A model generated the notes under the pieces. That model saw only the letters and a program-made list of their open reading frames with translations, made no database searches and was not told the origin of the DNA. 64,000 bases of DNA from NCBI GenBank assembly GCA_945874825.1, contig CAMCIK010000004.1, positions 4,606 through 68,605 on the forward strand, read 5' to 3'. Positions 31,510 to 40,590 of this stretch are shown here, in pieces (within the stretch, counting starts at the first letter, position 1; every line of letters starts with the position of its first letter). The DNA comes from Phenylobacterium deserti. Lineage in GTDB: Bacteria; Pseudomonadota; Alphaproteobacteria; Caulobacterales; Caulobacteraceae. The position numbers and the translations under genes were made by a program.

Positions 31510-32970
31510 GTGACGCTGAGGACCCCGAAGGCCGCCCGACCGGACCCCCGCCGCCGCCTCCCGGCCGTGGGCACCCTCTGTGATGACCCCGTCGCCCGGC
31601 CGCTGAAGGCCCGGTACGGCGCCGCAGCCCTGACCCGCGTCGTCCGCGCCGTCCTGGCCGAGGCCCGGACCCGCCTCGCCGCCTACCCCGACGTCCTGCC
31701 GACGACCGGTGCCCTCCTGGAAGCCGTAGAGGCGCGGTTGGCCGAGGGTGTCCGCGAGACCCTCTTCCCGGTGATCAACGCCACCGGCGTGGTGATCCAC
31801 ACCAATCTCGGCCGGGCACCCCTTGCGCCGGAGGCGATGGCGGCGGTGGCGGCGGCGGCGGGCTACGCCAACCTGGAGCTCGACCTCGACACCGGCCGGA
31901 GGTCCTCACGACAGGCGCACCTCGATCCCCTGATCGCCGAGATGACCGGTGCCGAGGCGGGAATGGCGGTGAACAACTGCGCAGGCGCCGTGCTGCTGGC
32001 CCTGGCCGCAGTGGCGAAAGGGGCACCGGTCATCGTCTCCCGGGGCGAGCTTGTGGAGATTGGCGGCGGCTTCCGCATACCGGACGTGGTGGCCCAGAGC
32101 GGCTCGCGCCTGGTCGAGGTCGGGACCACGAACCGGACCCATCTGCGCGACTACGAGATGGCCCTGGCCGACCATCCGGACGCCCGGGTCCTCCTGCGCA
32201 CCCACCCCAGCAACTTCCGGATCCTGGGCTTCACCAGTGCCCCGTCCCTGGAGAGCCTGGCCCACTTCGCCCATGCCCACGGTCTTCTGCTGGTGGAAGA
32301 TCTGGGGGGCGGCGCCCTCGTGGACCTCTCGCCGTTTGGCATCCCGGACGAGCCGACCGTCCAGGCCAGTCTCACGGCGGGCGTGGACCTGGTGCTCATC
32401 AGTGGGGACAAGCTGCTGGGCGGGCCCCAGGCCGGCATCGCCGCCGGGCGCCGGGCCCTTGTCGACCAGCTGGAGGCCCACCCCCTGGCCCGGGCCCTGC
32501 GGCTGGACAAGCTGTCGGCGGCCGCCCTCGCCGCCACCCTGCGGCTCTATCGCCCACCGTCCGACCCCTTCCAGCGGATTCCCGTCCTGCGCCTGCTGGC
32601 CCAGGACGCCGGAACGCTGAGTGCCCGGGCGAAGGACCTCAGGGCGCGGGTCGAAGGTCTTGCGGACCTCGAGACGGAGATCATCGACACCGAGGGCTTT
32701 GCCGGCGGCGGGGCCCTGCCCATGCGGGCCCTGCCTGGCCGGGCCCTCGCCCTCAGCCACCTGCGTTTCAGCGCAGAAGACCTCGCGCTTCGCCTGCGCA
32801 CCGGACCAACCCGGGTGCTGGGACGGATCGAGCAGGACCGGGTCCTCATCGACCTGCGGACCGTCGACGACGCAGAGGTTCCGGCCCTGGCCGAGGCGAT
32901 CGGCGCGGCGGCGGGGGAAATCAGCGACCTTGTGCGACGTTGTCCCGAGGTGCCCCCTTCCCTCGCCTGA
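31510..32970 (+). CDS. selA: L-seryl-tRNA(Sec) selenium transferase SelA
   Basis: VINATGVVIHTNLGRAPL and the PLP-lysine region ISGDKLLGGPQAG. Track ORF starts at TTG 31456. GTG 31510 has GGAGAGGGAG 8-10 nt upstream, so the start is uncertain. Confidence 0.9.
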   Translation: MTLRTPKAARPDPRRRLPAVGTLCDDPVARPLKARYGAAALTRVVRAVLAEARTRLAAYPDVLPTTGALLEAVEARLAEGVRETLFPVINATGVVIHTNLGRAPLAPEAMAAVAAAAGYANLELDLDTGRRSSRQAHLDPLIAEMTGAEAGMAVNNCAGAVLLALAAVAKGAPVIVSRGELVEIGGGFRIPDVVAQSGSRLVEVGTTNRTHLRDYEMALADHPDARVLLRTHPSNFRILGFTSAPSLESLAHFAHAHGLLLVEDLGGGALVDLSPFGIPDEPTVQASLTAGVDLVLISGDKLLGGPQAGIAAGRRALVDQLEAHPLARALRLDKLSAAALAATLRLYRPPSDPFQRIPVLRLLAQDAGTLSARAKDLRARVEGLADLETEIIDTEGFAGGGALPMRALPGRALALSHLRFSAEDLALRLRTGPTRVLGRIEQDRVLIDLRTVDDAEVPALAEAIGAAAGEISDLVRRCPEVPPSLA

Positions 32971-33059
32971 GGTGTGGGGACATATGCTCGGCAGGGACCT
33001 GGTCCCAGGCCGCTTCGTGCCGATCACGGGATCAGAGGGGCGTTGTGCCAGAATCCGGG

Positions 33060-34244
33060 ATGTTCCCGCCGACCCGCCAAGCCGCCCTGGAGCGTCTCGC
33101 CGGCTTTGTCCCGGCGGCGGGACGCGCCTATGCGGAGGGGCGAAACCTGGACCCGGGCCCCGGTGAACCGGGCGCGGTCTCGCGGCTTTCCCCCTACCTT
33201 CGCCACAGGGTGATCTCAGAGGCCGAGGTGGTCGATGCGGTCCTGCAGGCCCAGGGTTCCGCCGGTGCGGACAAGTTTATCCAGGAGGTGTTCTGGCGCA
33301 CCTACTGGAAGGGCTGGCTGGAAATGCGGCCTTCCACCTGGTCGCGGTTCCTCGAGGCCCGCGACCGCCAATGGGATGGCCTGGCGGACTCGCGCGCCCT
33401 CGCCGACGCCGAGGCGGGCAGCACCGGCATCGAGGGCTTCGACGACTGGGCCCGCGAACTCGCCCAGACCGGATACCTGCACAATCATGCGCGCATGTGG
33501 TTCGCCTCGATCTGGATCTTCACCCTGCGCCTGCCCTGGGCCCTGGGGGCGGATCTCTTCCTCCGCCGGCTCGTCGACGCCGACCCGGCCAGCAACACCC
33601 TGTCCTGGCGGTGGGTCGCGGGCCTCCAGACCCCGGGAAAGACCTACCTGGCGACCCGGGAGAATATCGCCCGCTTCACCGGGGGCCGCTTTGCGCCCTC
33701 GGGCCTGGCGACGCAGGCCCCTCCCCTGGTGGAGCCCGCGCCCGAACCCCCGGCGGGCCTTCCTTCCGCCGCCAGCACCCCGCCTCCGGGACCCTACCTG
33801 TTGCTGACGACGCCGGAGGACCTGACCCCCGACCTCGGAGGGATCGACCCGGCGAGGGCGGCCGCCGCGGTCGTCACGCCGGATCCCCGCCTGTCGTTTG
33901 GCGAGACCGCCCGCGAGTTCATGGCCGGCGCCGCGATGGACGCGGCCGATCGCCTGGCCGGGCGAGTGGAGGGGCCTGTAACCCTCCTGGACCGCCTCGA
34001 CGCTGGGTCCCTGGTCGCGGCAGCCCAGGCGGCGCAGGTGCGGACCCTTGTCACTCCCTATGCGCCTGTAGGCCCCACGGCGGACGCCCTGGCGCAGGCC
34101 GCGCGGGGCCTTGAGGCCGAGGGCCTGCACCTCATCCAGGTCCGCCGGGAATGGGACACCCGCTTCTGGCCCTACGCGACGGCGGGCTTCTTCGCCTTCC
34201 GCAAGCAGATTCCAGCCTTGCTGGAACAAGAGAGGTCCCGGTGA
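33060..34244 (+). CDS. photolyase FAD-binding-domain protein (photolyase-related, atypical domain order)
   Basis: ATG 33060 within track ORF 32940..34244. SRLSPYLRHR...FWRTYWKGW...YLHNHARMWFASIW...NTLSWRWVAG is the photolyase FAD-binding domain, placed at the N-terminus. Confidence 0.65.
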   Translation: MFPPTRQAALERLAGFVPAAGRAYAEGRNLDPGPGEPGAVSRLSPYLRHRVISEAEVVDAVLQAQGSAGADKFIQEVFWRTYWKGWLEMRPSTWSRFLEARDRQWDGLADSRALADAEAGSTGIEGFDDWARELAQTGYLHNHARMWFASIWIFTLRLPWALGADLFLRRLVDADPASNTLSWRWVAGLQTPGKTYLATRENIARFTGGRFAPSGLATQAPPLVEPAPEPPAGLPSAASTPPPGPYLLLTTPEDLTPDLGGIDPARAAAAVVTPDPRLSFGETAREFMAGAAMDAADRLAGRVEGPVTLLDRLDAGSLVAAAQAAQVRTLVTPYAPVGPTADALAQAARGLEAEGLHLIQVRREWDTRFWPYATAGFFAFRKQIPALLEQERSR

Positions 34245-35779
34245 GCCGTCCCCTGCAGGTCGTCTGGTTCAAGCGCGACCTGCGCATCGCCGACCACCGC
34301 CCTCTGGCCCTCGCCGCCGAAGCCGGGCCGGTGCTGCCCCTCTACATTGTTGAGCCAGGGCTCTGGGCCCAGGCGGACGCCTCAGGAAGGCAGTGGGCCT
34401 TTGCAGCGGAATGCCTCGGCGAGTTGGCGGCTTCGCTGGCCCAGCTGGGCCAGCCCCTGCGGGTCGAGGTCGGCGAGGCGCTGAAGGTGCTGGGCCGGAT
34501 TCACGAGCGTCACGGTATCGCCGGCCTCTGGAGCCACGAGGAGACTGGAAACGGCTGGACCTACGCTCGGGACCTGGCCGTTGGCGCCTGGTCGAAGGCG
34601 GCTGGTATCCCCTGGCGCGAGGAACGCCAGTTCGGTGTGATCCGCCGCCTGAAGTCGAGGAATGGCTGGGCCCAGGCCTGGGACCGGGACATGTCCAGGC
34701 CGCTGACGCCCTCGCCCGAGGCGCTTGTTCCCCTCGGCGGCGACTGGCCGGGTCGCATTCCATCAGCGGCCAACCTCGGCCTTGCGTCCGATCCCTGTCC
34801 TCATCGCCAGAAGGGCGGGCGCAGTGCTGCGCTGGAGGTTCTGGACAGCTTCCTCTCCTGGCGCGGCCGCGACTACCGCCGGGAGATGTCGAGCCCGCTC
34901 ACGGCCTACGGGTCCAGTTCGCGGCTCTCGCCCCACCTCACCTGGGGAACGATCTCCATGCGGGAAGTCGCCCAGGCCACCTGGGCGCACCAGCGGGGGC
35001 TCCGGACGTCGAGCGCACCCGACGCCGGACTGTGGCGGGGGTCCCTGGCCTCTTTCTCGGGACGCCAGCACTGGCGTTGTCACTTCGTCCAGAAGCTGGA
35101 GGACGAGCCCCGAATCGAGTTCGAGAACCTGCACCGCGCCTACGACGGCGTGCGCCCCAGCCAGGCTGATCCTGACCGCCTAGAGGCCTGGAGCCAGGGC
35201 CTGACCGGCTATCCCTTCCTCGACGCCTGCATGCGGGCGCTGGACGCCCATGGCTGGATCAACTTCCGCATGCGCGCCATGCTGATGTCCTTCGCCAGCT
35301 ATCACCTCTGGCTTCCCTGGCGGGAGAGCGGCCTGCACCTGGCGCGGAAGTTCGTGGACTATGAGGCGGGAATCCACTGGCCCCAGGTACAAATGCAGTC
35401 CGGCACGACGGGCATCAATACCCTCCGGATCTACAACCCCGTAAAGCAGGGCCACGATCAGGATCCCAAAGGTACCTTCGTCCGGGCCTGGGTTCCCGAG
35501 CTTGCGGCCGTCCCGGACGCCTTCGTCCATGAGCCCTGGCGATGGGAGGGGGCGGCGGACCTTGCCTATCCCGCCCCGATCGTCGAGAATGCTTCCGCGA
35601 TGCGGGCGGCCCGGGAAGCCCTTCACGCTCTGCGGCGCGACAGCCGCCACAAGGGCGCGGCACGGGTCATCGCCGCCCGCCACGGAAGCCGAAAGTCCGG
35701 TTTGCCAGGGGCGGGGGACCGCCGGCGGGGCCGGGCCAAGCCCGCTGAAGGCGTCCAGCTGTTGCTGAACCTCGAATAG
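34241..35779 (+). CDS. cryptochrome/photolyase family protein
   Basis: GTG 34241 overlaps the upstream stop (GTGA). VVWFKRDLRIADHRPL N-terminal alpha/beta domain, later SRLSPHLTWGTIS and FVDYEAGIHW..QMQSG motifs. Confidence 0.8.
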   Translation: MSRPLQVVWFKRDLRIADHRPLALAAEAGPVLPLYIVEPGLWAQADASGRQWAFAAECLGELAASLAQLGQPLRVEVGEALKVLGRIHERHGIAGLWSHEETGNGWTYARDLAVGAWSKAAGIPWREERQFGVIRRLKSRNGWAQAWDRDMSRPLTPSPEALVPLGGDWPGRIPSAANLGLASDPCPHRQKGGRSAALEVLDSFLSWRGRDYRREMSSPLTAYGSSSRLSPHLTWGTISMREVAQATWAHQRGLRTSSAPDAGLWRGSLASFSGRQHWRCHFVQKLEDEPRIEFENLHRAYDGVRPSQADPDRLEAWSQGLTGYPFLDACMRALDAHGWINFRMRAMLMSFASYHLWLPWRESGLHLARKFVDYEAGIHWPQVQMQSGTTGINTLRIYNPVKQGHDQDPKGTFVRAWVPELAAVPDAFVHEPWRWEGAADLAYPAPIVENASAMRAAREALHALRRDSRHKGAARVIAARHGSRKSGLPGAGDRRRGRAKPAEGVQLLLNLE

Positions 35780-35837
35780 GGCCGACGCCTTCGGGTAGGG
35801 GAGGCACGGATCGCGCGCCTAGAGAACCGACCCTGCA

Positions 35838-35869
35838 CTTGACGCCATGAGATGCGCCGTGCATCTCAT
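35838..35869 (+). promoter_or_regulatory. candidate promoter (TTGACG) overlapped by a perfect 9-5-9 palindrome upstream of the iron transporter
   Basis: TTGACG at 35838-35843. ATGAGATGC-gccgt-GCATCTCAT at 35847-35869, ending 18 nt before ATG 35888. Confidence 0.4.
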
Positions 35870-35887
35870 TTGCGAACGCTTCTCAAT

Positions 35888-36958
35888 ATGAGTTCCTGGC
35901 GGAAATTCGCTGGCGACCGAAAGGCCCGATCCTTGAAACCCTTCCTGAAACTCCTCTCCGTCGCCGCGCTCGGGGTGGCGGCCTGCTCCGCCCCGCCGCC
36001 TGCGGAGAAGGTGGTGAATGTCTACACAGCCCGGCACTACGACAGCGACCTGGCCCTGTATGAGCAGTTCACCCGGGAGACCGGGATCAAGGTCAACAGG
36101 ATCGAAGGTAAGGCGGACGAGCTTGTCGCCCGCCTGAAGGCCGAGGGCACCAACAGCCCAGCCGATGTCTTCATCGCCGCGGACGCCGGGGCGCTCTGGA
36201 GAGCCCAGGAGGCGGGGCTGTTCCAGGCGCTCAAGTCGGAAACGATCGAGGCGCGAATTCCCGCCGGGCTCAGGGAACCCGACGGCAGCTGGTTCGGTTT
36301 CTCCCGGCGGGCGAGGGTGGTCGCCTACGACGTAGCCAAGGTGAAGCCCGAGGAAGTCGACGACTACGCCGAGCTGGCGGGCCCACGTTTCCGCGGCAAG
36401 ATCTGCGTGCGTTCGTCGGACAGCATCTACAACCTCTCTCTGGTCGGGGCCCTGATCGAGGCCTGGGGCCCGCAGAAAACAGAGGCCTGGGCCAGGGGCG
36501 TCGTCGCCAACATGGCCCGCCCTCCTGAGGGCGGAGACCGTGACCAGATCCGGGCCGTCGGCGCCGGGGTCTGCGAAGTCGCGATCACCAATAGCTACTA
36601 TTACCTGCGCATGGCCTCCGGGGAGGACGCGGCGGACCGGGCTGTAACCGAAAAGGTCAAGCTGGCCTTCCCCAGCCTCGACGGCCAGGGAACCCACGTG
36701 AACATCGCCGGCCTGGGCCTGGCGAAAGCCTCGCCCAACCGGGAGAACGCGATCCGGCTCATGGAGTTCCTGACCTCGCCGGCGGCCCAGTCCCACATTG
36801 CAGCGAACAATTCCGAGTTTCCGGTCTCGCCGGAGGTGGAGGCACCTGAGACCGTTCAGTCCTATGCGGGCTTCAAGGCGCACCCCATGAGCGCCTCGGC
36901 CTTCGCCCGCCGCCAGCCGGAGGCCCAGTCCGTCATGAGCGCGGTGGGCTGGCGCTGA
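35888..36958 (+). CDS. Fe(3+) ABC transporter substrate-binding lipoprotein (FbpA/AfuA-like)
   Basis: Track ORF starts at 35852. ATG 35888 gives a signal/lipobox (LGVAACS). VNVYTARHYDSD...GIKVN...ELVARLKAEG is typical of ferric SBPs. Confidence 0.8.
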   Translation: MSSWRKFAGDRKARSLKPFLKLLSVAALGVAACSAPPPAEKVVNVYTARHYDSDLALYEQFTRETGIKVNRIEGKADELVARLKAEGTNSPADVFIAADAGALWRAQEAGLFQALKSETIEARIPAGLREPDGSWFGFSRRARVVAYDVAKVKPEEVDDYAELAGPRFRGKICVRSSDSIYNLSLVGALIEAWGPQKTEAWARGVVANMARPPEGGDRDQIRAVGAGVCEVAITNSYYYLRMASGEDAADRAVTEKVKLAFPSLDGQGTHVNIAGLGLAKASPNRENAIRLMEFLTSPAAQSHIAANNSEFPVSPEVEAPETVQSYAGFKAHPMSASAFARRQPEAQSVMSAVGWR

Positions 36959-36969
36959 GCTCCCAGAGG

Positions 36970-38553
36970 TTGTTCGGGACCCCCGACTCCCGGGTGATCG
37001 GGGTCCTGGCCGCCTGCGCAGCGGCGTTAGTCCTTCTGCCCCTGTCCGGCGTCCTGGTGGCGGCCTTCGGCGAGGGCACCGCCAGGATTCCGGCCTCTGA
37101 TGTCCTCAGATATGCCGGGAACACGGCAGTGCTGGCCCTGGGTGTCGGGGTGATGACCGCCGTCTCCGGTGCCGCGGCGGCCTGGCTTGTGGTGATGCAC
37201 AGGTTTCCGGGGCGATCCGTGTTCACCTGGGGCCTCGCCCTGCCCCTAGCCATGCCCGCCTTCGCCCTGGCCTATGGCTACGCCGACCTGCTGGATGTGG
37301 CCGGACCTCTGAGGAGCGCACTCCGGGACGCCACAGGCCAGGACCTGCCCTTCGAGATCCGCAGCTCGGGTGGGGCCGTCTTCGTCCTTTCGGCGGCCTT
37401 CTATCCCTATGTCTTCCTCGCCATGCGCGCCGCCTTCCTGAACCTTCCGGGCTCGGCCATGGACGCCGCGCGGATGCTGGGGCTCGGGAGCACCGCCGCC
37501 TTCTTCAGGGTCGCCCTGCCCCTGACCCGCCCGGCCCTGGGGGCCGGTGTCGCCCTAGCCGTCATGGAGACTCTGGCGGACTACGGCGCCGTGCTCTTCC
37601 TGAGCGTCCAAACCCTGACCACCGGCGTGGTCCGAGCCTGGTCGGTCTATGGCTCCACCGTCAGTGCCGCCCGGTTCGCCCTGCCCCTCCTGGCGGCGGC
37701 GGCCGTGCTGCTTTGGATCGAACGGGCGGGTCGGAGGGGCCGCGTACATGAGACGGGCAAGACCCGCTGGCGATCCCCGGAACCGGTCCCCCTCGGCCGG
37801 GGGCCAGGCCTGGCCGCTGCAGCCTTCTGCCTCTTCCTGCTCTGCGCCGGCCTCCTAGTCCCGGCTGGATGGCTGCTCGCCCACCTCGGGGCGCAGTCGC
37901 CGGATTGGAGCCGCCTTGCGGTCGCCGCGCAGAACAGCCTGGGCCTTGGCCTCGCCGGGGCGCTGGTGACCGTCGGCCTCGCGGTCCTGCTGGCCCTGGG
38001 ATCCGAGCGCCGCCCGCATCTCGTCCGGCTCGCCAGCCTGGGCTATGCGACGCCCGGAGCCGTCATGGCCATCGGCCTCCTCGCCCCCGCAGGGGTGATC
38101 TGGAGCCTGTCTCCGGGGTCGGGAACCGCCCTTGCCCTGGTCCTGCTGGTGCTGGCCTACGCGGCGAGGCTCATGGCCGCCGCCCTGGAGCCCATCGACG
38201 CCGGGCTGACCCGCATCCGCCCGTCCCTGCCGCAGGCGGCGCAGACACTTGGACGGAGCGAGATCGGCAGTGTCCTGTCGATCCGGCTTCCCCTCGCCGG
38301 CGGTTCGCTCCTGACCGCCGGGCTGATCGTGTTGGTGGACATCCTGAAGGAGCTTCCGGCCACCCTCATCCTGAGGCCCTTCAACTTCGACACCCTGGCG
38401 GTGATCGCCAACAACTACGCCCTGGACGAGCGACTGGGGCAGGCCGGGGCGCCATCCCTGTTGATCCTGTTCCTCTCCCTGCCCGCCGTGGTCTGGCTGA
38501 CGGGACGGATCACCGCTACGGCCCCGCCTGACGGAAGGGAATTGCGCCCATGA
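36970..38553 (+). CDS. iron ABC transporter permease (duplicated MalFG-type domains)
   Basis: 527 aa, two permease repeats, highly hydrophobic. Confidence 0.85.
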   Translation: MFGTPDSRVIGVLAACAAALVLLPLSGVLVAAFGEGTARIPASDVLRYAGNTAVLALGVGVMTAVSGAAAAWLVVMHRFPGRSVFTWGLALPLAMPAFALAYGYADLLDVAGPLRSALRDATGQDLPFEIRSSGGAVFVLSAAFYPYVFLAMRAAFLNLPGSAMDAARMLGLGSTAAFFRVALPLTRPALGAGVALAVMETLADYGAVLFLSVQTLTTGVVRAWSVYGSTVSAARFALPLLAAAAVLLWIERAGRRGRVHETGKTRWRSPEPVPLGRGPGLAAAAFCLFLLCAGLLVPAGWLLAHLGAQSPDWSRLAVAAQNSLGLGLAGALVTVGLAVLLALGSERRPHLVRLASLGYATPGAVMAIGLLAPAGVIWSLSPGSGTALALVLLVLAYAARLMAAALEPIDAGLTRIRPSLPQAAQTLGRSEIGSVLSIRLPLAGGSLLTAGLIVLVDILKELPATLILRPFNFDTLAVIANNYALDERLGQAGAPSLLILFLSLPAVVWLTGRITATAPPDGRELRP

Positions 38554-39608
38554 CCCCCTTGCTTGAACTTCTCCGGGTCTCCCGGCGTTTCGGATCCCGC
38601 GTGGTGGTCGACTCCGTCAGCCTGGAACTTCGCCCGGGACGGATCGCGTGCCTGCTGGGCCCGTCAGGCTGCGGCAAGAGCACCCTCCTGCGCCTGGTCG
38701 CCGGGCTGGATCGCCCGGACCAGGGAGAAATCCGGATCGGAGGCCAGTGCGTCGCCTCCGCGGCGTCAGCGGCGCCGCCGGAGGCGCGCGGGGTGGGCCT
38801 GGTCTTCCAGGACAACGCGCTCTTCCCGCATCTCGACGTCGAGGCCAACGTGGGATTCGGCCTTTCCGGCCTGTCCCGGGCGGACCGGCGGCGGGAGGTG
38901 CATCGCCTGCTGGACCAGTTCCAGATCGCACGGCTGGCGTCGGCGTGGCCGCACAGCCTGTCCGGTGGGGAACAGCAGAGGGTGGCGATCGCCCGGGCCC
39001 TGGCGCGGGCGCCCTCGGTCCTCCTGCTTGATGAACCCTTCTCCGGACTGGACGGGGTGCTGAAGGAAGCCGTCCGCAGCGCCCTGCTGGACGACCTGCG
39101 ACGGCTTGGCGCGACCGTCCTTGTGGTCACCCATGACCCCGAGGAGGCCATGGCGATCGCCGATGACCTCTTCCTGATGTCAGATGGCCGAATTCTCCAG
39201 GCGGGGAGTCCGGAAGTCCTCTACCGGCAACCGGTCAGCCTGGTGGCGGCGCGGCTTCTGGGGGAGATGGTCGACATCCCGGGGATGGCGAACGCCGGGC
39301 GCGTCGAAACGGTTCTGGGCGCCCTTGCCGCGCCGGGCGTGAACGACGGTCCCGTCCGGGTTGGCCTGCGCCCGGAGGCCTTGCAGCCTGCAGGAGATGG
39401 TGCAGCGGTTCGCGTTCTGGCCCGCCGCTTCGCCGGGGACGGCCATCGGCTGACGCTGGACCTCGCGGGGGTCCCCGCCCAGCTCCGCTGGAGGGAGGCA
39501 CCTCCGGCACCCGGTGAGATCGTGAATGTCCGTCTGGACCCCGCCGGCGCCGTGGTGTTCGGCGACGCCGGCGAGCCGGAAGTCAGCGGGCGGTATCGCG
39601 CAGATTGA
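38550..39608 (+). CDS. ABC transporter ATP-binding protein (FbpC-like)
   Basis: Walker A GPSGCGKST, signature LSGGEQQRV, Walker B LLLDEP. The start overlaps the permease stop. Confidence 0.9.
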   Translation: MTPLLELLRVSRRFGSRVVVDSVSLELRPGRIACLLGPSGCGKSTLLRLVAGLDRPDQGEIRIGGQCVASAASAAPPEARGVGLVFQDNALFPHLDVEANVGFGLSGLSRADRRREVHRLLDQFQIARLASAWPHSLSGGEQQRVAIARALARAPSVLLLDEPFSGLDGVLKEAVRSALLDDLRRLGATVLVVTHDPEEAMAIADDLFLMSDGRILQAGSPEVLYRQPVSLVAARLLGEMVDIPGMANAGRVETVLGALAAPGVNDGPVRVGLRPEALQPAGDGAAVRVLARRFAGDGHRLTLDLAGVPAQLRWREAPPAPGEIVNVRLDPAGAVVFGDAGEPEVSGRYRAD

Positions 39609-40386
39609 TGAAGGGCGCGCCGCCGGAACCCGTTACCTGGGGCAGCTTGCCGTCCCACTTCTCCACGGCCTTCAGGTCAACGTACCGTGGGTTCGCCGCG
39701 AGTGCCTCGTTGATGATCCGGATGGACTCCGCCTCGCCACGGGCGGCGGCGATCTGTGCCTCTGCCTGGGCCTGGGCCTTGGCGACCTGGGAGCGCGCGG
39801 TCAGGGTCTCCTGGTCGGTCCGGGTCTTGGCCTGGATAGCCTGGAGGATGACGTCCGGGTAGCGGATGGTGCCGATCCAGTCGAGCTGGCTGACCACCAC
39901 GCCGAATTTCGCCCACTTGCCGGAAACCCGGGCGAGGGCGCGCTGGATCACCACCTGGCGGCCGCCGGAATAGAGGGCGTCGACATTCACCTTCTCGGCC
40001 TCGGCGGCGATGGCCGAGCGCACGTCATTGCGGATCGGCCCGTCCAGCAGCTGGTCGAAGGTCAGGCGGTAGGTCTCGTAGAGCTTGGGTGCCGAACCAG
40101 GGGAGACCTGCAGGGTGATGGCCACGTCGGCGGTCATCGGCAGGCCGGTGTTGTCGGCGAAGGCGATCTCCTCATTCTGGGGACCGCGCTCATCAGCCTC
40201 GCGAGTGTAGCTATAGGTCCGCTGGATCACCGGGTACTCGACGATCCGCTCTCCCACGCTGCGGAAATGCCAGCCCGAGGAGAGGGGCTGGGGGTCCACG
40301 CCGGCGGAAGGTCCGAGAGTCCGGATCTTCACCCCGGCATTGCCGGGTTCCACGGTCTTGCCCGCGGCGATGACGACGACCAGCAT
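39583..40386 (-). CDS. SPFH/prohibitin family protein (start codon problematic)
   Basis: 267 aa, band-7-like core. The likely TM helix (RRLSAALAALALMLVVVIAA) extends upstream of the first ATG, in an in-frame stretch that has no ATG/GTG/TTG. Confidence 0.7.
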   Translation of the reverse strand: MLVVVIAAGKTVEPGNAGVKIRTLGPSAGVDPQPLSSGWHFRSVGERIVEYPVIQRTYSYTREADERGPQNEEIAFADNTGLPMTADVAITLQVSPGSAPKLYETYRLTFDQLLDGPIRNDVRSAIAAEAEKVNVDALYSGGRQVVIQRALARVSGKWAKFGVVVSQLDWIGTIRYPDVILQAIQAKTRTDQETLTARSQVAKAQAQAEAQIAAARGEAESIRIINEALAANPRYVDLKAVEKWDGKLPQVTGSGGAPFINLRDTAR

Positions 40387-40590
40387 GAGGGCCAGGGCTG
40401 CAAGGGCGGCGGAGAGCCGGCGGATCGTCTGAACGTTAGGAATCGTAGCACCCCATGAAATTGCCCTATTCCTAAATGTGGATCAGAGTCGGCCACGTCA
40501 AGGCATGCCGCCAGGAGGATCGCCAGCGAAGTCCGCGGCGGGCGGATCCCGGGGTACCGGGCCATCCTCTGCGACATAGACCGTGGCCGG

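Noticed and set aside
35819-36883. 354-aa minus-strand ORF, and the similar 42708..44033 (441 aa) and 33216..34229 (337 aa) ORFs
   Set aside because: Each is antisense to a gene with clear family features (iron SBP, CDP-alcohol transferase/DUF1499, photolyase-related protein).
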